A DNA stretch of 64,000 nucleotides, from NCBI GenBank assembly GCA_963703315.1, contig OY969811.1, positions 1,184,001 through 1,248,000 on the forward strand. Direction: 5' to 3'. Made by a program: the position numbers and the translations under genes. Positions 1 through 8,839 of this stretch are shown here, piece after piece; within the stretch, counting starts at the first letter, position 1, and the number at the start of each line of letters is the position of its first letter. Origin of the DNA: an uncultured cyanobacterium (GTDB taxonomy: Bacteria; Cyanobacteriota; Cyanobacteriia; Pseudanabaenales; Pseudanabaenaceae). The notes under the pieces were generated by a model. It did no database searches, was not told the DNA's origin, and saw only the letters and a list, made by a program, of their open reading frames with translations.

Positions 1-141
1 CGTATATGATACGTATAGATAAGGGTGAATCGTGTTAACGAGATTTATAAAGTTCATATTCTTTATGAACCTGTAAAGGTAATCGTTAACATATAAACCG
101 CCACCTATCGAAGCTTAAATAACTAAGAATTGTTCGATCCA

Positions 142-819
142 ATGAGAATTCTACTTGTAGAAGATGATGCCAATTTAGCTGATACGTTAGCAGAAGTGTT
201 AACAGGTCAGCACTGTGTTGTAGATATTGCAAGGGATGGGGAAGAAGGCTGGGAGAAATCTCAAGCTGATGACTATAACCTTATCTTGCTAGATGTCATG
301 TTGCCTAAGTTAGATGGCATTAACCTATGTCGTCGCTTACGCGCTCATGGTAACAATGTCCCAATTTTGATGGTTACGGCTCTTGATATGAGTTCGGACA
401 AAGTTCAGGGTCTGGATGCTGGTGCTGACGACTATATTGTTAAGCCCATTGATCCACCTGAGTTGATGGCTCGGATTCGTGCCTTGTCGCGCCGCGCTCA
501 GATTGCCGAACCCACTGTTTTGCGATGGGGGGAATTGCAACTCGATCCTGGTATGCACGAGGTTTCCTATACAGGTCAATCCGTGCATTTGACACCCAAG
601 GAGTACAACATTTTAGAGTTGCTGCTTCATCATGGTCGTCAAGTATTAAAGCGGATCACCATTGTCGAACACGTTTGGTCTCTGACTGATCCACCTAGAG
701 AAGATACGATTAACGCAACCATTAAGAGTCTGCGTAACAAGTTGAAGGGTGCTGGCGCTCCTCACAATTTGATTGAAACAATTCATGGTGTTGGCTATCG
801 TCTGAGTCAACTTTCATAG
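142..819 (+). CDS. OmpR-family response regulator
   Basis: Receiver domain (LLVEDD, LLDVMLP, KP) plus winged-helix C-terminus (IETIHGVGYRL). ATG at 142 preferred over TTG at 130. Confidence 0.93.
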   Translation: MRILLVEDDANLADTLAEVLTGQHCVVDIARDGEEGWEKSQADDYNLILLDVMLPKLDGINLCRRLRAHGNNVPILMVTALDMSSDKVQGLDAGADDYIVKPIDPPELMARIRALSRRAQIAEPTVLRWGELQLDPGMHEVSYTGQSVHLTPKEYNILELLLHHGRQVLKRITIVEHVWSLTDPPREDTINATIKSLRNKLKGAGAPHNLIETIHGVGYRLSQLS

Positions 820-822
820 TCT

Positions 823-851
823 AAAAAGGGAGTGCTTAGCACTCCCTTTTT
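823..851. terminator. Hairpin between convergent genes, probable bidirectional terminator
   Basis: aaaaagggagt-GCTTAGC-actcccttttt. Confidence 0.7.
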
Positions 852-877
852 TATGGAGTTATAGAAGCGATTGGGAG

Positions 878-1330
878 CTATAACAAGCCAAATTCTTGTA
901 AGGCGGGTAAAAAATTATTGTTTTCGTGATTGGATGTGCTGAGCTTAATTAATGCAAAACGTTGCAACGGGGTGAGATTTTGCCATTGAGATAGGGCGAT
1001 CGCCACTTTTAGTTCTTGGGCATGATGCAAAACACTAATTGGTATAGCTGTGGGGTCTAACCATGCTGGATTTTCTTCAATGGGTAAATCATTAGGATAG
1101 GTTTGAAAATATTGATAAACCAGCGATCGCAGATTTTCACGATAATTTTGAATTTCATCGATGGTGGTACAAGGCAAATCGATCAAAGTTTGACGTTGTA
1201 TCGTTGAGAAACTATGCCAATGTTGAAGCTTAAGTTTGATGCCACAGGTGTCAAGTTTGTAACGTACTTGCATGGGGATACAGCGCAGGGTGTCTACAAA
1301 ATCGGCTTCAAACTGGAAAAATTGGGGCAT
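878..1330 (-). CDS. narM: Nitrate reductase-associated protein (NarM)
   Basis: FFQFEADFVDTLRCIPMQVRYKLDTCGIKLKL ... LQRFALIKL ... NFLPALQEF matches the family as I recall it. Confidence 0.85.
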   Translation of the reverse strand: MPQFFQFEADFVDTLRCIPMQVRYKLDTCGIKLKLQHWHSFSTIQRQTLIDLPCTTIDEIQNYRENLRSLVYQYFQTYPNDLPIEENPAWLDPTAIPISVLHHAQELKVAIALSQWQNLTPLQRFALIKLSTSNHENNNFLPALQEFGLL

Positions 1331-1360
1331 AGGTTAATGTCGAGATAGTTCGTTGAGTCT

Positions 1361-1441
1361 AAATTGGTTCTCCATATTCTTGCAATTATTGGGCAATTAT
1401 TCTCAACTGGTGGTCTGTGCTGGTTTGGGGGGAGTGATCGC
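1361..1441 (-). pseudogene. Degenerate single TPR-repeat remnant
   Basis: Minus strand reads DHSPQTSTDHQLRIIAQ*LQEYGEP, matching the DxYSQAxTYHQLGxxAQELREYxEA repeat of the TPR gene at 4495-6273. Confidence 0.65.
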
Positions 1442-1464
1442 AAAACAGACTATTTCTAGAGACT

Positions 1465-1887
1465 TTACTTTTTGGTTGCTTCTGGATTGATGTAATCGCA
1501 AAAGATGTTGATACCTACTTTGAGAATATAGAGAACGACGACGGTTGCGATCGCAGGATCAATGGGAAACCCAACTGAGTGAACGACGGAAACAATTAAT
1601 CCTGTGAGTAATGGAGCGCTAGTAGGATTTTTGTTATATTCTTTGACCTGATTTTGGAAGCCTTCTTTACTGCAAAGTTCTTGACGGAAGACTGTGACTG
1701 TGGATTGCCAAAGTTTGGTTTTGCTGAAGTCCTGTTGTCCATGTTGTTCTGTCCATAGCTCCTCAAAGCTTTTTTCAAGATCGCCATTGGTTTCATTAAG
1801 CAGGGTTAAGGTCTTTTGAGCAGGGGCATAGTCTTGCAAAAGTTGGCTAACGTTTTGGATTTCAGTTGCAGTTAGTTGAGTAGTCAT
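1465..1887 (-). CDS. Hypothetical protein with hydrophobic C-terminus
   Basis: 140-aa ATG ORF ending IDPAIATVVVLYILKVGINIFCDY. Confidence 0.7.
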   Translation of the reverse strand: MTTQLTATEIQNVSQLLQDYAPAQKTLTLLNETNGDLEKSFEELWTEQHGQQDFSKTKLWQSTVTVFRQELCSKEGFQNQVKEYNKNPTSAPLLTGLIVSVVHSVGFPIDPAIATVVVLYILKVGINIFCDYINPEATKK

Positions 1888-1938
1888 AATTTTAAAATGT
1901 GTAAGCTAAAGCGCGATCGCTCATCATTAGAATCGTAG

Positions 1939-2682
1939 CTATAACTGTGGTTCTATTCCCGCCGCACGAAGTTGTGCCATCAAAGTTTCAACTTTCTGGC
2001 GTTCCTGCTGGGCAAGTAGTCGTTCTTGCTCGGAGCTTTCCCAGCCTGTAAGCAGGAGATTACCAGATGCGTCCCACCAACGCAGCCAAGGTAAATCTAG
2101 GTTTTGATAAATTCCTTGCCAAATGCCAAGCTCTACGCCAAGTCCGTCAATGGGATAATGTCCGCGCTCATTAGCCGAGACTAATTCAAATTTATTGGCT
2201 ACATGGCGATATAACTCAATGCTCGATTTTTCTACTTCGTAAATACCGTAGAAAGCAGGGCGAATCACTTGCTCATAGATGAAGAATTTGCCTACCCAAG
2301 GTGTGCGATCGCGTTCTTCTTTACCGCTACCAGAGACAAATTCTAAAACAATCAGAGGTGCAATAAATTCTTGCCAAAGCACATAGGAACGGCGGGGTTT
2401 TCCATCGAGATTGGGAGGTACATTTGGCACATAAAACCAGTCAGGAGCTTCTGCACCTTTTTCGGGTGGTTCGGTAATGCGCCAATAGATTCCCGAATCT
2501 TGCCCGATCGCATACTGCCCGTCAGGATGATGTTTTTGTAAATGTGGCTCAATAGAGTCGGTCAGCAAAATACTTTGTGGATGTTCTTGAAAGTTTTTCA
2601 CAAATGTACCGTCGGAGTCAGGAAGTTGTGTATGGTCTGGCAGGATGACAGGATTGGTAGACGGGTCTAAGGTGAAGGTCAT
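1939..2682 (-). CDS. Uma2-family (DUF820) PD-(D/E)XK endonuclease-like protein
   Basis: LPDSDG..VKNFQEHPQS, APDWFYVP, PLIVLEFVS, WLRWWD, coiled-coil tail. Confidence 0.9.
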   Translation of the reverse strand: MTFTLDPSTNPVILPDHTQLPDSDGTFVKNFQEHPQSILLTDSIEPHLQKHHPDGQYAIGQDSGIYWRITEPPEKGAEAPDWFYVPNVPPNLDGKPRRSYVLWQEFIAPLIVLEFVSGSGKEERDRTPWVGKFFIYEQVIRPAFYGIYEVEKSSIELYRHVANKFELVSANERGHYPIDGLGVELGIWQGIYQNLDLPWLRWWDASGNLLLTGWESSEQERLLAQQERQKVETLMAQLRAAGIEPQL

Positions 2683-2709
2683 ATTTTTTATGCACTTTTT
2701 TCAAATTAA

Positions 2710-2958
2710 CTAACTTGCTAGGGCGAGAGTAAGAACGCTAAAGATTTGGTTGGATTGTAATGGAATAACCCAAGACTTAGGAATAGCCACAATATGAATG
2801 GACTCACCCAATGCGTTGAATACTTCCAAAATACAGCCTTTTTCTTGATTGTGAGGATGCGGTACAAAGTCGATTAGTGTGGCGATATCGCCTTTTTTTA
2901 GCTGGTATTCTGGCAGATCGCGATTCAGATAAACTTGTTGATATAGTTTGAGATTCAT
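2710..2958 (-). CDS. DUF4926-family protein (putative antitoxin/immunity)
   Basis: LYQQVYLNRDLPEYQLKKGDIATLIDFVPHP...GCILEVFNALGESI. The ATG at 2958 overlaps an upstream TGA (ATGA). Confidence 0.8.
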   Translation of the reverse strand: MNLKLYQQVYLNRDLPEYQLKKGDIATLIDFVPHPHNQEKGCILEVFNALGESIHIVAIPKSWVIPLQSNQIFSVLTLALAS

Positions 2959-3044
2959 GATTTTTTCTCCTTGTATGGCTTCAGGGTAATAAATTGAAAC
3001 TTTTGATTGATCGCTCTTTGCAGCCAAACTGTAGTTACAGATCC
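2955..3044 (-). pseudogene. C-terminal stub of a DUF6883-like protein, the usual partner upstream of DUF4926
   Basis: Reads GSVTTVWLQRAINQKFQFITLKPYKEKKS*. It has no start codon and its stop is coupled to the DUF4926 ATG. Confidence 0.55.
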
Positions 3045-3488
3045 TTACTCATCTTGAAGCTTTTCTAAATCGGCTAGGTCTTGAAGTCGCCCAGAGGCTA
3101 ATTTATTTTTTTTGAGATTGTCAAGATTGATAAATTTAACAGGTACATCATTAAGGATTACTTCAATTTTGGAATCATAGCAGGCTTGAAAATCAATGCC
3201 ATCAGGATTTGTGATTAAATCAATTCGGTTAGGGGGGTAGCCAAGCTGAATGATTTGATTAGGAGTTTGAAAGTCATCAGATGTTAATCCTAAACTTTCA
3301 AATCCAAATTGAGTTAATGCCGTTACTAGTTTTTGAGCATTTTCTTCGCTTATTTCAATCCAAATGTCGATGTCTTTGGTATAGCGTGGATGTCCATGAA
3401 CTGCAACAGCATAACCACCAATAACGAGGTATTTAACTTGGTTGTCGTTTAATAATTGTATAAACTCTTTGAAATCTTGGTTGAGCAT
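3045..3488 (-). CDS. Small nucleotidyltransferase-family protein
   Basis: YLVIGGYAVAVHGHPRYTKDIDIW (GG...DxD) and C-terminal K..SGRLQDLADLEKL. Confidence 0.85.
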   Translation of the reverse strand: MLNQDFKEFIQLLNDNQVKYLVIGGYAVAVHGHPRYTKDIDIWIEISEENAQKLVTALTQFGFESLGLTSDDFQTPNQIIQLGYPPNRIDLITNPDGIDFQACYDSKIEVILNDVPVKFINLDNLKKNKLASGRLQDLADLEKLQDE

Positions 3489-3621
3489 TGTATTTGTATT
3501 GGTGATATTCTTGGCGAATTTGTTCGAGTGCTTCTAGGCGTTTTTGAGGTGTTTGTTGTTGCCAGTATTGAAAGTCGTTAGTTTGCTGTTTGAGAGAGAT
3601 TTTATTAATGACTTTTTCCAT
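3433..3621 (-). CDS. Small partner protein of the nucleotidyltransferase (putative TA component)
   Basis: 62 aa, DFQYWQQQTPQKRLEALEQIR...RFQRVYTIIKR, overlapping the NTase start. Confidence 0.65.
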   Translation of the reverse strand: MEKVINKISLKQQTNDFQYWQQQTPQKRLEALEQIRQEYHQYKYNAQPRFQRVYTIIKRQPS

Positions 3622-3689
3622 GTTTTTATCCTGTTTTAATTGCTATGTAGTTTTGGTTTGGTTATTGTTTGCGATTTGCTTTGCTCCAA

Positions 3690-3971
3690 TTAGTAAACTT
3701 CGTCATGTGTGCCAATTGTCTCTAGAAGAATTGCCTGTGATTCTTCATGTTCTACAAACTTAAAAATAATTCTCAAATCATATCCGCCACTACATGACCA
3801 TGATTCTAGAAATCCTCCTTTTAGTTTATGAGTTCTTAAACGAGGGTGAAATGGATCGGTGGATAGTAGCTCTAAGGTGTTTTGAATATTTGAGGCTAAT
3901 TCTGGTTGTTTTTTTAGGGTTTTTCGAGCCGCACGGACAAAGGCGTTGGAGCGCAATAGCACATACTTCAC
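3690..3971 (-). CDS. RelE/YafQ-superfamily toxin (mRNA interferase)
   Basis: DPFHPRLRTHKLKG, YDLRIIF, IGTHDEVY. GTG at 3971 overlaps the antitoxin TGA. Confidence 0.85.
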   Translation of the reverse strand: MKYVLLRSNAFVRAARKTLKKQPELASNIQNTLELLSTDPFHPRLRTHKLKGGFLESWSCSGGYDLRIIFKFVEHEESQAILLETIGTHDEVY

Positions 3972-4189
3972 GCGAGAAGTTCCTCCATGAGTTGTGATGG
4001 TGTTACGGGTTTGCATTCACCTAGTGCAAATTCTTGTTGAGCTTCTTGTACGTCTTGAATTAGTTCGGCTCTGTGTCTGTCGCGTAGTCGATTTTGCAAA
4101 ATCCGAATCAAGTCTTCTTGGTCTTCTAATTGAAGGAGATCGGCTGCTTCTAAGATTTTAGTAAAGGTCGTTTCGGGTATGGTGGTCAT
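3968..4189 (-). CDS. Putative antitoxin
   Basis: 73-aa acidic helical protein translationally coupled upstream of the toxin. Confidence 0.75.
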   Translation of the reverse strand: MTTIPETTFTKILEAADLLQLEDQEDLIRILQNRLRDRHRAELIQDVQEAQQEFALGECKPVTPSQLMEELLA

Positions 4190-4447
4190 GTCTTTGGGCT
4201 GCTAAACACTTGAATTTATTATACTTCAGCTAAATCGCGATAAATATCATCATCCATTTTTCCCTTTTTAATTTTGCCTTGATAAGCTCGCTTGACGAGG
4301 TTAATTTTAGATTCTGGAAAGGTTTTTGGTGTCATGTTTTAGGGCAGCTAAACACTTGAATTTATTATACTTCAGCTAAATCGCGATAAATATCATCATC
4401 CATTTTTTCCTTTTTCCTTTTTAATTTTGCCTTGATAAAATCGCCTG
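4186..4447. repeat. Tandem duplication (period about 146 bp) of the TA promoter/5' region
   Basis: gctaaacacttgaatttattatacttcagctaaatcgcgataaatatcatcatccatttt at 4201 and 4347. Each copy has a minus-strand TATAAT and ends at an ATG (4189, 4335). Confidence 0.9.
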
Positions 4448-4483
4448 TTGATAGTTTTGCCGCGCTTCTCCATATTCTCGCAA
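4442..4483 (-). pseudogene. TPR-repeat fragment just past the TPR gene stop
   Basis: Reads LREYGEARQNYQQA, compared with LREYAEARQNYQRS inside the gene. Confidence 0.7.
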
Positions 4484-4494
4484 GCCCTCAAATA

Positions 4495-6273
4495 CTAGAT
4501 TGATTCAAAGCGTTTTCGTACTTCTTCAACAGTTACTCCTAAAATCTGAGATACCTCTTCTAATAAACTCTCATCTTGGGTAGTCTGATACAAACGAGAG
4601 AAACTAGGAATAGAAAAAGTTTGCACGCTATATTCATCATTAAATTCAAGCCACATATTAAGAGCCTGTAAGAAATTATTTTTTGCTTCTAAAAACTTTT
4701 CGTTTTTTGCAGAAACTGCACCTAAAGCTTGGTATGTACAAGCTTGGGAATAACAATCATCAACTTCGACAAAAATATCTAGAGATCGTTGATAGTTCTG
4801 TCGTGCTTCCGCATATTCTCGTAATTCTTCCGCCAACATTCCTAACTGATAGCAAGTTTTAGCTTGAGAATAACAATCATTAAATTCGATATTGATAGAG
4901 AGAGCCTTTTGATAATTTTTTCTAGCTTGCTCATATTCCCTTAATGAATATGCAATTACTCCCAAATTATGATACGTCCTAGCTTGAGAATAGCCATCTC
5001 CTAATTGTATATAAATAGCTAGTGATCTCTCACATTCTTTTTTTGCTTCATCATATTGCTTCAACATTTGTGCCACTAAACCTAAATTATTATGGACATT
5101 AGCTTGTGAAAAGAGATCACCAAATTGAATATAGATTAAGAGAGCTTTGTGGAAATTTTCTCTTGCTAAACTGTAATCTCTGACTTCTTGAGCTAATCTT
5201 CCTAATTGGTTATAAGTACTTGCTTGAGAATAGAAATCCTCAAGTTCATCTTTAATCATAAATGACTGTTCAAAGTTATCAATTGCTTCATCGTATTCAC
5301 GTAATGCTTGTGTAACAATACCTAACTGGTTATAGACTTTAGCTTGTCCCTGTTTATTACCAGTTTGCTTGCAAATCAATAATGATTGATTAAGAAATTG
5401 CTTTGCAAGTTCAAATTCCCTAGTATCATGACAAACACTACCTAAATCAAATAAAGATGAAGCTTCTTCACGTTTATCCCCAATTTCACGACTAAGCTCG
5501 ATCGCCTGTTGAAAATAGAACTTTGCCTTATCAAACTCGCGAATGGATTGATGTGCTTTACCCAATTGATTTAGCAATTCTAACCTTGTGCGACTACTGG
5601 CTTCCGTATCTTCAGAATATTCTTGCAATAACCTCTCTAATAAATCAATTCGTTCCCCTTGTTCGGGTTTCGCAAAATAGCGATTGGGATTGTGAGAAAA
5701 ATTAGAGACTTCAGCAGTTAAGCGATCGCGGGTTTCGGGGGGAGTTTGAAATCGAAAAGTTGCCGATGTCCATGCCCAAAAGTCGGGTGCAAACTGCGCG
5801 ATTCTGGTTACCGCATAGTCAGGTAGCGCAAATAGGACAGGATGAGGAATCGCAACAGGGAAAGAATCACGGGCATAATTGAGATTGGTTAAAATTGGCG
5901 GATTGTCACCACTATAGGTGATCGCCTTTTCCAAACCATGCAAAATCACAACTAATTTTTTATCAGTTTGAATCTCGATCTTAGCTAACTCTTGCTTAAT
6001 TGCTTCCAACAGAAACCGCAACTCTGGATCGTCAAAACGTAATACTACAAACTGAATAGATTGACATTTGGGATGCTCCTGCAACGCTGCAATCAAAATG
6101 TCAATATCAGGTGGAAAATTGATCTCTGCAAACGCTACCTTAAAACCTTTAGACATCTGCACAAAGGCAAGCAAAATCTGAAACACTTCCTGATTTTGCT
6201 CTAGCAAGGCAACTATCTGAGCGCGATCATCGTTAGAGTTTTGGGAGGACACTGATGGCTTTGGTGAAGGCAT
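4495..6273 (-). CDS. TPR-repeat protein with degenerate NTPase-like N-terminal domain
   Basis: About 8 repeats of 40 aa (SQAxTYxQLGxxAQxLREY). The N-terminus has LNYARDSF...FALP...APDFWAW but no Walker A. Confidence 0.85.
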   Translation of the reverse strand: MPSPKPSVSSQNSNDDRAQIVALLEQNQEVFQILLAFVQMSKGFKVAFAEINFPPDIDILIAALQEHPKCQSIQFVVLRFDDPELRFLLEAIKQELAKIEIQTDKKLVVILHGLEKAITYSGDNPPILTNLNYARDSFPVAIPHPVLFALPDYAVTRIAQFAPDFWAWTSATFRFQTPPETRDRLTAEVSNFSHNPNRYFAKPEQGERIDLLERLLQEYSEDTEASSRTRLELLNQLGKAHQSIREFDKAKFYFQQAIELSREIGDKREEASSLFDLGSVCHDTREFELAKQFLNQSLLICKQTGNKQGQAKVYNQLGIVTQALREYDEAIDNFEQSFMIKDELEDFYSQASTYNQLGRLAQEVRDYSLARENFHKALLIYIQFGDLFSQANVHNNLGLVAQMLKQYDEAKKECERSLAIYIQLGDGYSQARTYHNLGVIAYSLREYEQARKNYQKALSINIEFNDCYSQAKTCYQLGMLAEELREYAEARQNYQRSLDIFVEVDDCYSQACTYQALGAVSAKNEKFLEAKNNFLQALNMWLEFNDEYSVQTFSIPSFSRLYQTTQDESLLEEVSQILGVTVEEVRKRFESI

Positions 6274-7588
6274 TGCTACGCATAAGTAAAGGATTGGGAT
6301 AATTCCAGCGATCGCTACCGTTATATTCTAAAACCGCCGTACTATAAAGCATCTGGACTTTAACATCTTCTTCATCAGAGAAATCTTTGTTTAAGGCGAT
6401 ATAAGCTAACTCAGTAAAATATTTTTTATTAGAAAGCGATCGCTCCAAACTAAATTGCAGTTGCTTAATCGCATATTCCACATCCTCAGCCAAGATCTTG
6501 TCATGTTCGCGACCACTCGCCGTTAAACAAGCTCTCTGCATCAACTGCATCAATTGCCGAATATGCCCACCACTCGCCTTTACTAATTCCATTAGCTCAT
6601 CACGCGAACCAAAAATCACATCCACATCCACCCGTTTTTCAATGATTTTTGCCACCGCATCTAAACTTTTTTGGTTGAACTCTAAGGGATATTTAGCGCG
6701 ATCGAGTTCATAGATATTCACCATCGGCACAATATGCGGATCGTCAAAGGAATTACTCAAACCACGCGATGAATAGAGTGCTGATATCGGAACTGTGTAA
6801 ATTATCGAACAGTGTAATGATGTAAGCTGCGCTGCATAGTCAAAAAACAACTTGTCAGAGACTGCAAGCGGACAGCGATCGAGATTATCAACAATCACCA
6901 AAAAGCCTTTGTAATTGGGAAACTTTTTCCGTAATTTTTTCAGCCCATCCCCCAACAATAAATTGATGTCACCCTTCATGCGGGTAAATTCTTTTTTCAA
7001 GGTTTCCCTAATCGTTGTTTTCTGAGACGAAGAATTCTTGAAAACACCTTTTAACTTGAATAAAAGCTTGGCAAAGAACGAAGCCTCACTACCCAAACTA
7101 GCTGATGCTTCGACATCTAGGGACAAGGCGACTGATCGCTCGTCTTCTGTCGTAACCACTTTGAACCAATCCTCCACACTCTTGAGTAATTGCTGATCAA
7201 AGGTAATTTTAATTTTGAGATCTCTCAAAGCCTGTTCTACCTGACCAATCACCATTAAATAGATATCAATGTAATCCAAATCATTAATATCAGTTTCGTC
7301 TTCCACATTCAAAAAGACAGTCAAATATTGATCCCGACACTTATCCTCAATGCGCCTCAGCTCTGTACTTTTGCCACAGCCACGATGCCCTGTAAACAAA
7401 ATCGTAGAAAATGACTCAGGTTTCTGCTGCTGCAAAATTTGCCCAACCTGAGTGATTGCCTCACTATTTCTCGCTTCTAGCAATGGCAAATAAAATCGCT
7501 CTAAGCCCTTGCCCTGAAGTGGCTCTACATCACAGATTTCATAGGCATCTGTAAGATTTGCGGCTAACTCGTAAGTAGGGTTGGTCAT
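6233..7588 (-). CDS. P-loop ATPase (AAA/KAP-like), coupled to the TPR gene
   Basis: FTGHRGCGKSTEL (Walker A), LVIVDNLDR (Walker B), SGGHIRQL. Confidence 0.88.
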   Translation of the reverse strand: MTNPTYELAANLTDAYEICDVEPLQGKGLERFYLPLLEARNSEAITQVGQILQQQKPESFSTILFTGHRGCGKSTELRRIEDKCRDQYLTVFLNVEDETDINDLDYIDIYLMVIGQVEQALRDLKIKITFDQQLLKSVEDWFKVVTTEDERSVALSLDVEASASLGSEASFFAKLLFKLKGVFKNSSSQKTTIRETLKKEFTRMKGDINLLLGDGLKKLRKKFPNYKGFLVIVDNLDRCPLAVSDKLFFDYAAQLTSLHCSIIYTVPISALYSSRGLSNSFDDPHIVPMVNIYELDRAKYPLEFNQKSLDAVAKIIEKRVDVDVIFGSRDELMELVKASGGHIRQLMQLMQRACLTASGREHDKILAEDVEYAIKQLQFSLERSLSNKKYFTELAYIALNKDFSDEEDVKVQMLYSTAVLEYNGSDRWNYPNPLLMRSNAFTKAISVLPKL

Positions 7589-7702
7589 GGGTCTTTAGGC
7601 TTAAGCTCATACCTAGTCTATATACGCGAATCATAGCAAACTATTGAAACTGCTAGGTAAAAACTATTCAGATTAAAACTATTCAGATTAAAACTCTTTC
7701 CA

Positions 7703-7819
7703 CTAAATCAAAAAGGGATCGCTAATCTTGATATTTGGATAATCAGGCCCATCAATCCGCAAAGTGGCAAGAAAGCCATCATCCACCTGTTGCTCTTCAC
7801 GGATTGTAATTAAGGGCAT
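7703..7819 (-). pseudogene. 38-aa stub resembling the N-terminus of cyanobacterial CHAT-NTPase-TPR proteins
   Basis: MPLITIREEQQVDDGFLATLRIDGPDYPNIKISDPFLI*. The family resemblance is from memory and was not searched. Confidence 0.5.
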
Positions 7820-7897
7820 CGCACTATAAAACCAAAAAAATAGTTATTCAAGCCTACTGCTTATGATAATTCAGTTGATGACAAATCACCATGACTT

Positions 7898-8743
7898 TTA
7901 AAGCATCCGATCTAATGTGTTCTCAACTTTCCTGACTGCTCTTTCAACTTTTTGGAGTTCTTTCGTTAGAGCATCTATATCTGATGCATCAAGCAATGCT
8001 TTATCTGCCAAAGCTATACTAGCCTTAACTAAACTAAATACTGGACTGTTAATTGCTGGTTGCCCATCCCCACCCTTTAGCTTTTTCGACAATGATTTAA
8101 GCTGTTCAATCTCATCAGTCCAGATATTTTCTCGCGCTACTTCTACAAAAGCCTTGCTCTCGATCTTTTTTACCCTTTCTAAGGTCGTAATAATTTTATT
8201 ATTTTGTTTTGCCTGCATATAAGTTTCTGACAAAGATCGCCTAATACCTCCACCAAAAGTAACTCTATAAACCTGCATTAGTCCGTCGTAAACGATCCTC
8301 CCTTGAAATGGCAGCAATACCGTTTTTAGATATATTGGCAAGTAATTGGCGGGGAATAAATTATCAAAAGCATCATGCAATCCTAAAACACCATAGACGT
8401 TATCACCACCAATAAATATCGCATGATTTTTCAGATATCTCTGTATATAGAAATCACCCTTTATAAAATTTTTCCATTGTTTTACTATGGATAGATAATC
8501 ATCATTAAATCGATCTGGATTACTAACAATATATCTATCTATTAGTTCTGGCTGTTCGTAGATCTTTTCTCTTAAGACCAGCTTGTCATTTTGTGGTAAT
8601 GCAGCATACTCTTCACGGGTTTTAATCTTTGTGAAAATTTTTAATTCTCTGTTGACAAAAAACTGTAATGACCACGTTAAATCAAAGAATAGCTCAGCCT
8701 CTTCTGTCGTTAATTTCATCAGATTTTGCCTCTCAAGATACAA
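7898..8743 (-). CDS. Conserved hypothetical protein
   Basis: 281-aa ORF containing LLPFQGRIVYDGL; start may be the ATG near 8719. Confidence 0.75.
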   Translation of the reverse strand: MYLERQNLMKLTTEEAELFFDLTWSLQFFVNRELKIFTKIKTREEYAALPQNDKLVLREKIYEQPELIDRYIVSNPDRFNDDYLSIVKQWKNFIKGDFYIQRYLKNHAIFIGGDNVYGVLGLHDAFDNLFPANYLPIYLKTVLLPFQGRIVYDGLMQVYRVTFGGGIRRSLSETYMQAKQNNKIITTLERVKKIESKAFVEVARENIWTDEIEQLKSLSKKLKGGDGQPAINSPVFSLVKASIALADKALLDASDIDALTKELQKVERAVRKVENTLDRML

Positions 8744-8839
8744 GGTGCTTGTAGTTGTTATATTATAAATGCTACAGAATCGCTAACCTAAAAATTTCTC
8801 GACACCCATCCCACTATCGAATCCATTGATAGAAATGAA

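Noticed and set aside
7660..7695. 15-bp tandem repeat aaaactattcagatt (two copies)
   Set aside because: Too short to assign; probably slippage, though it lies at a junction of the variable locus.
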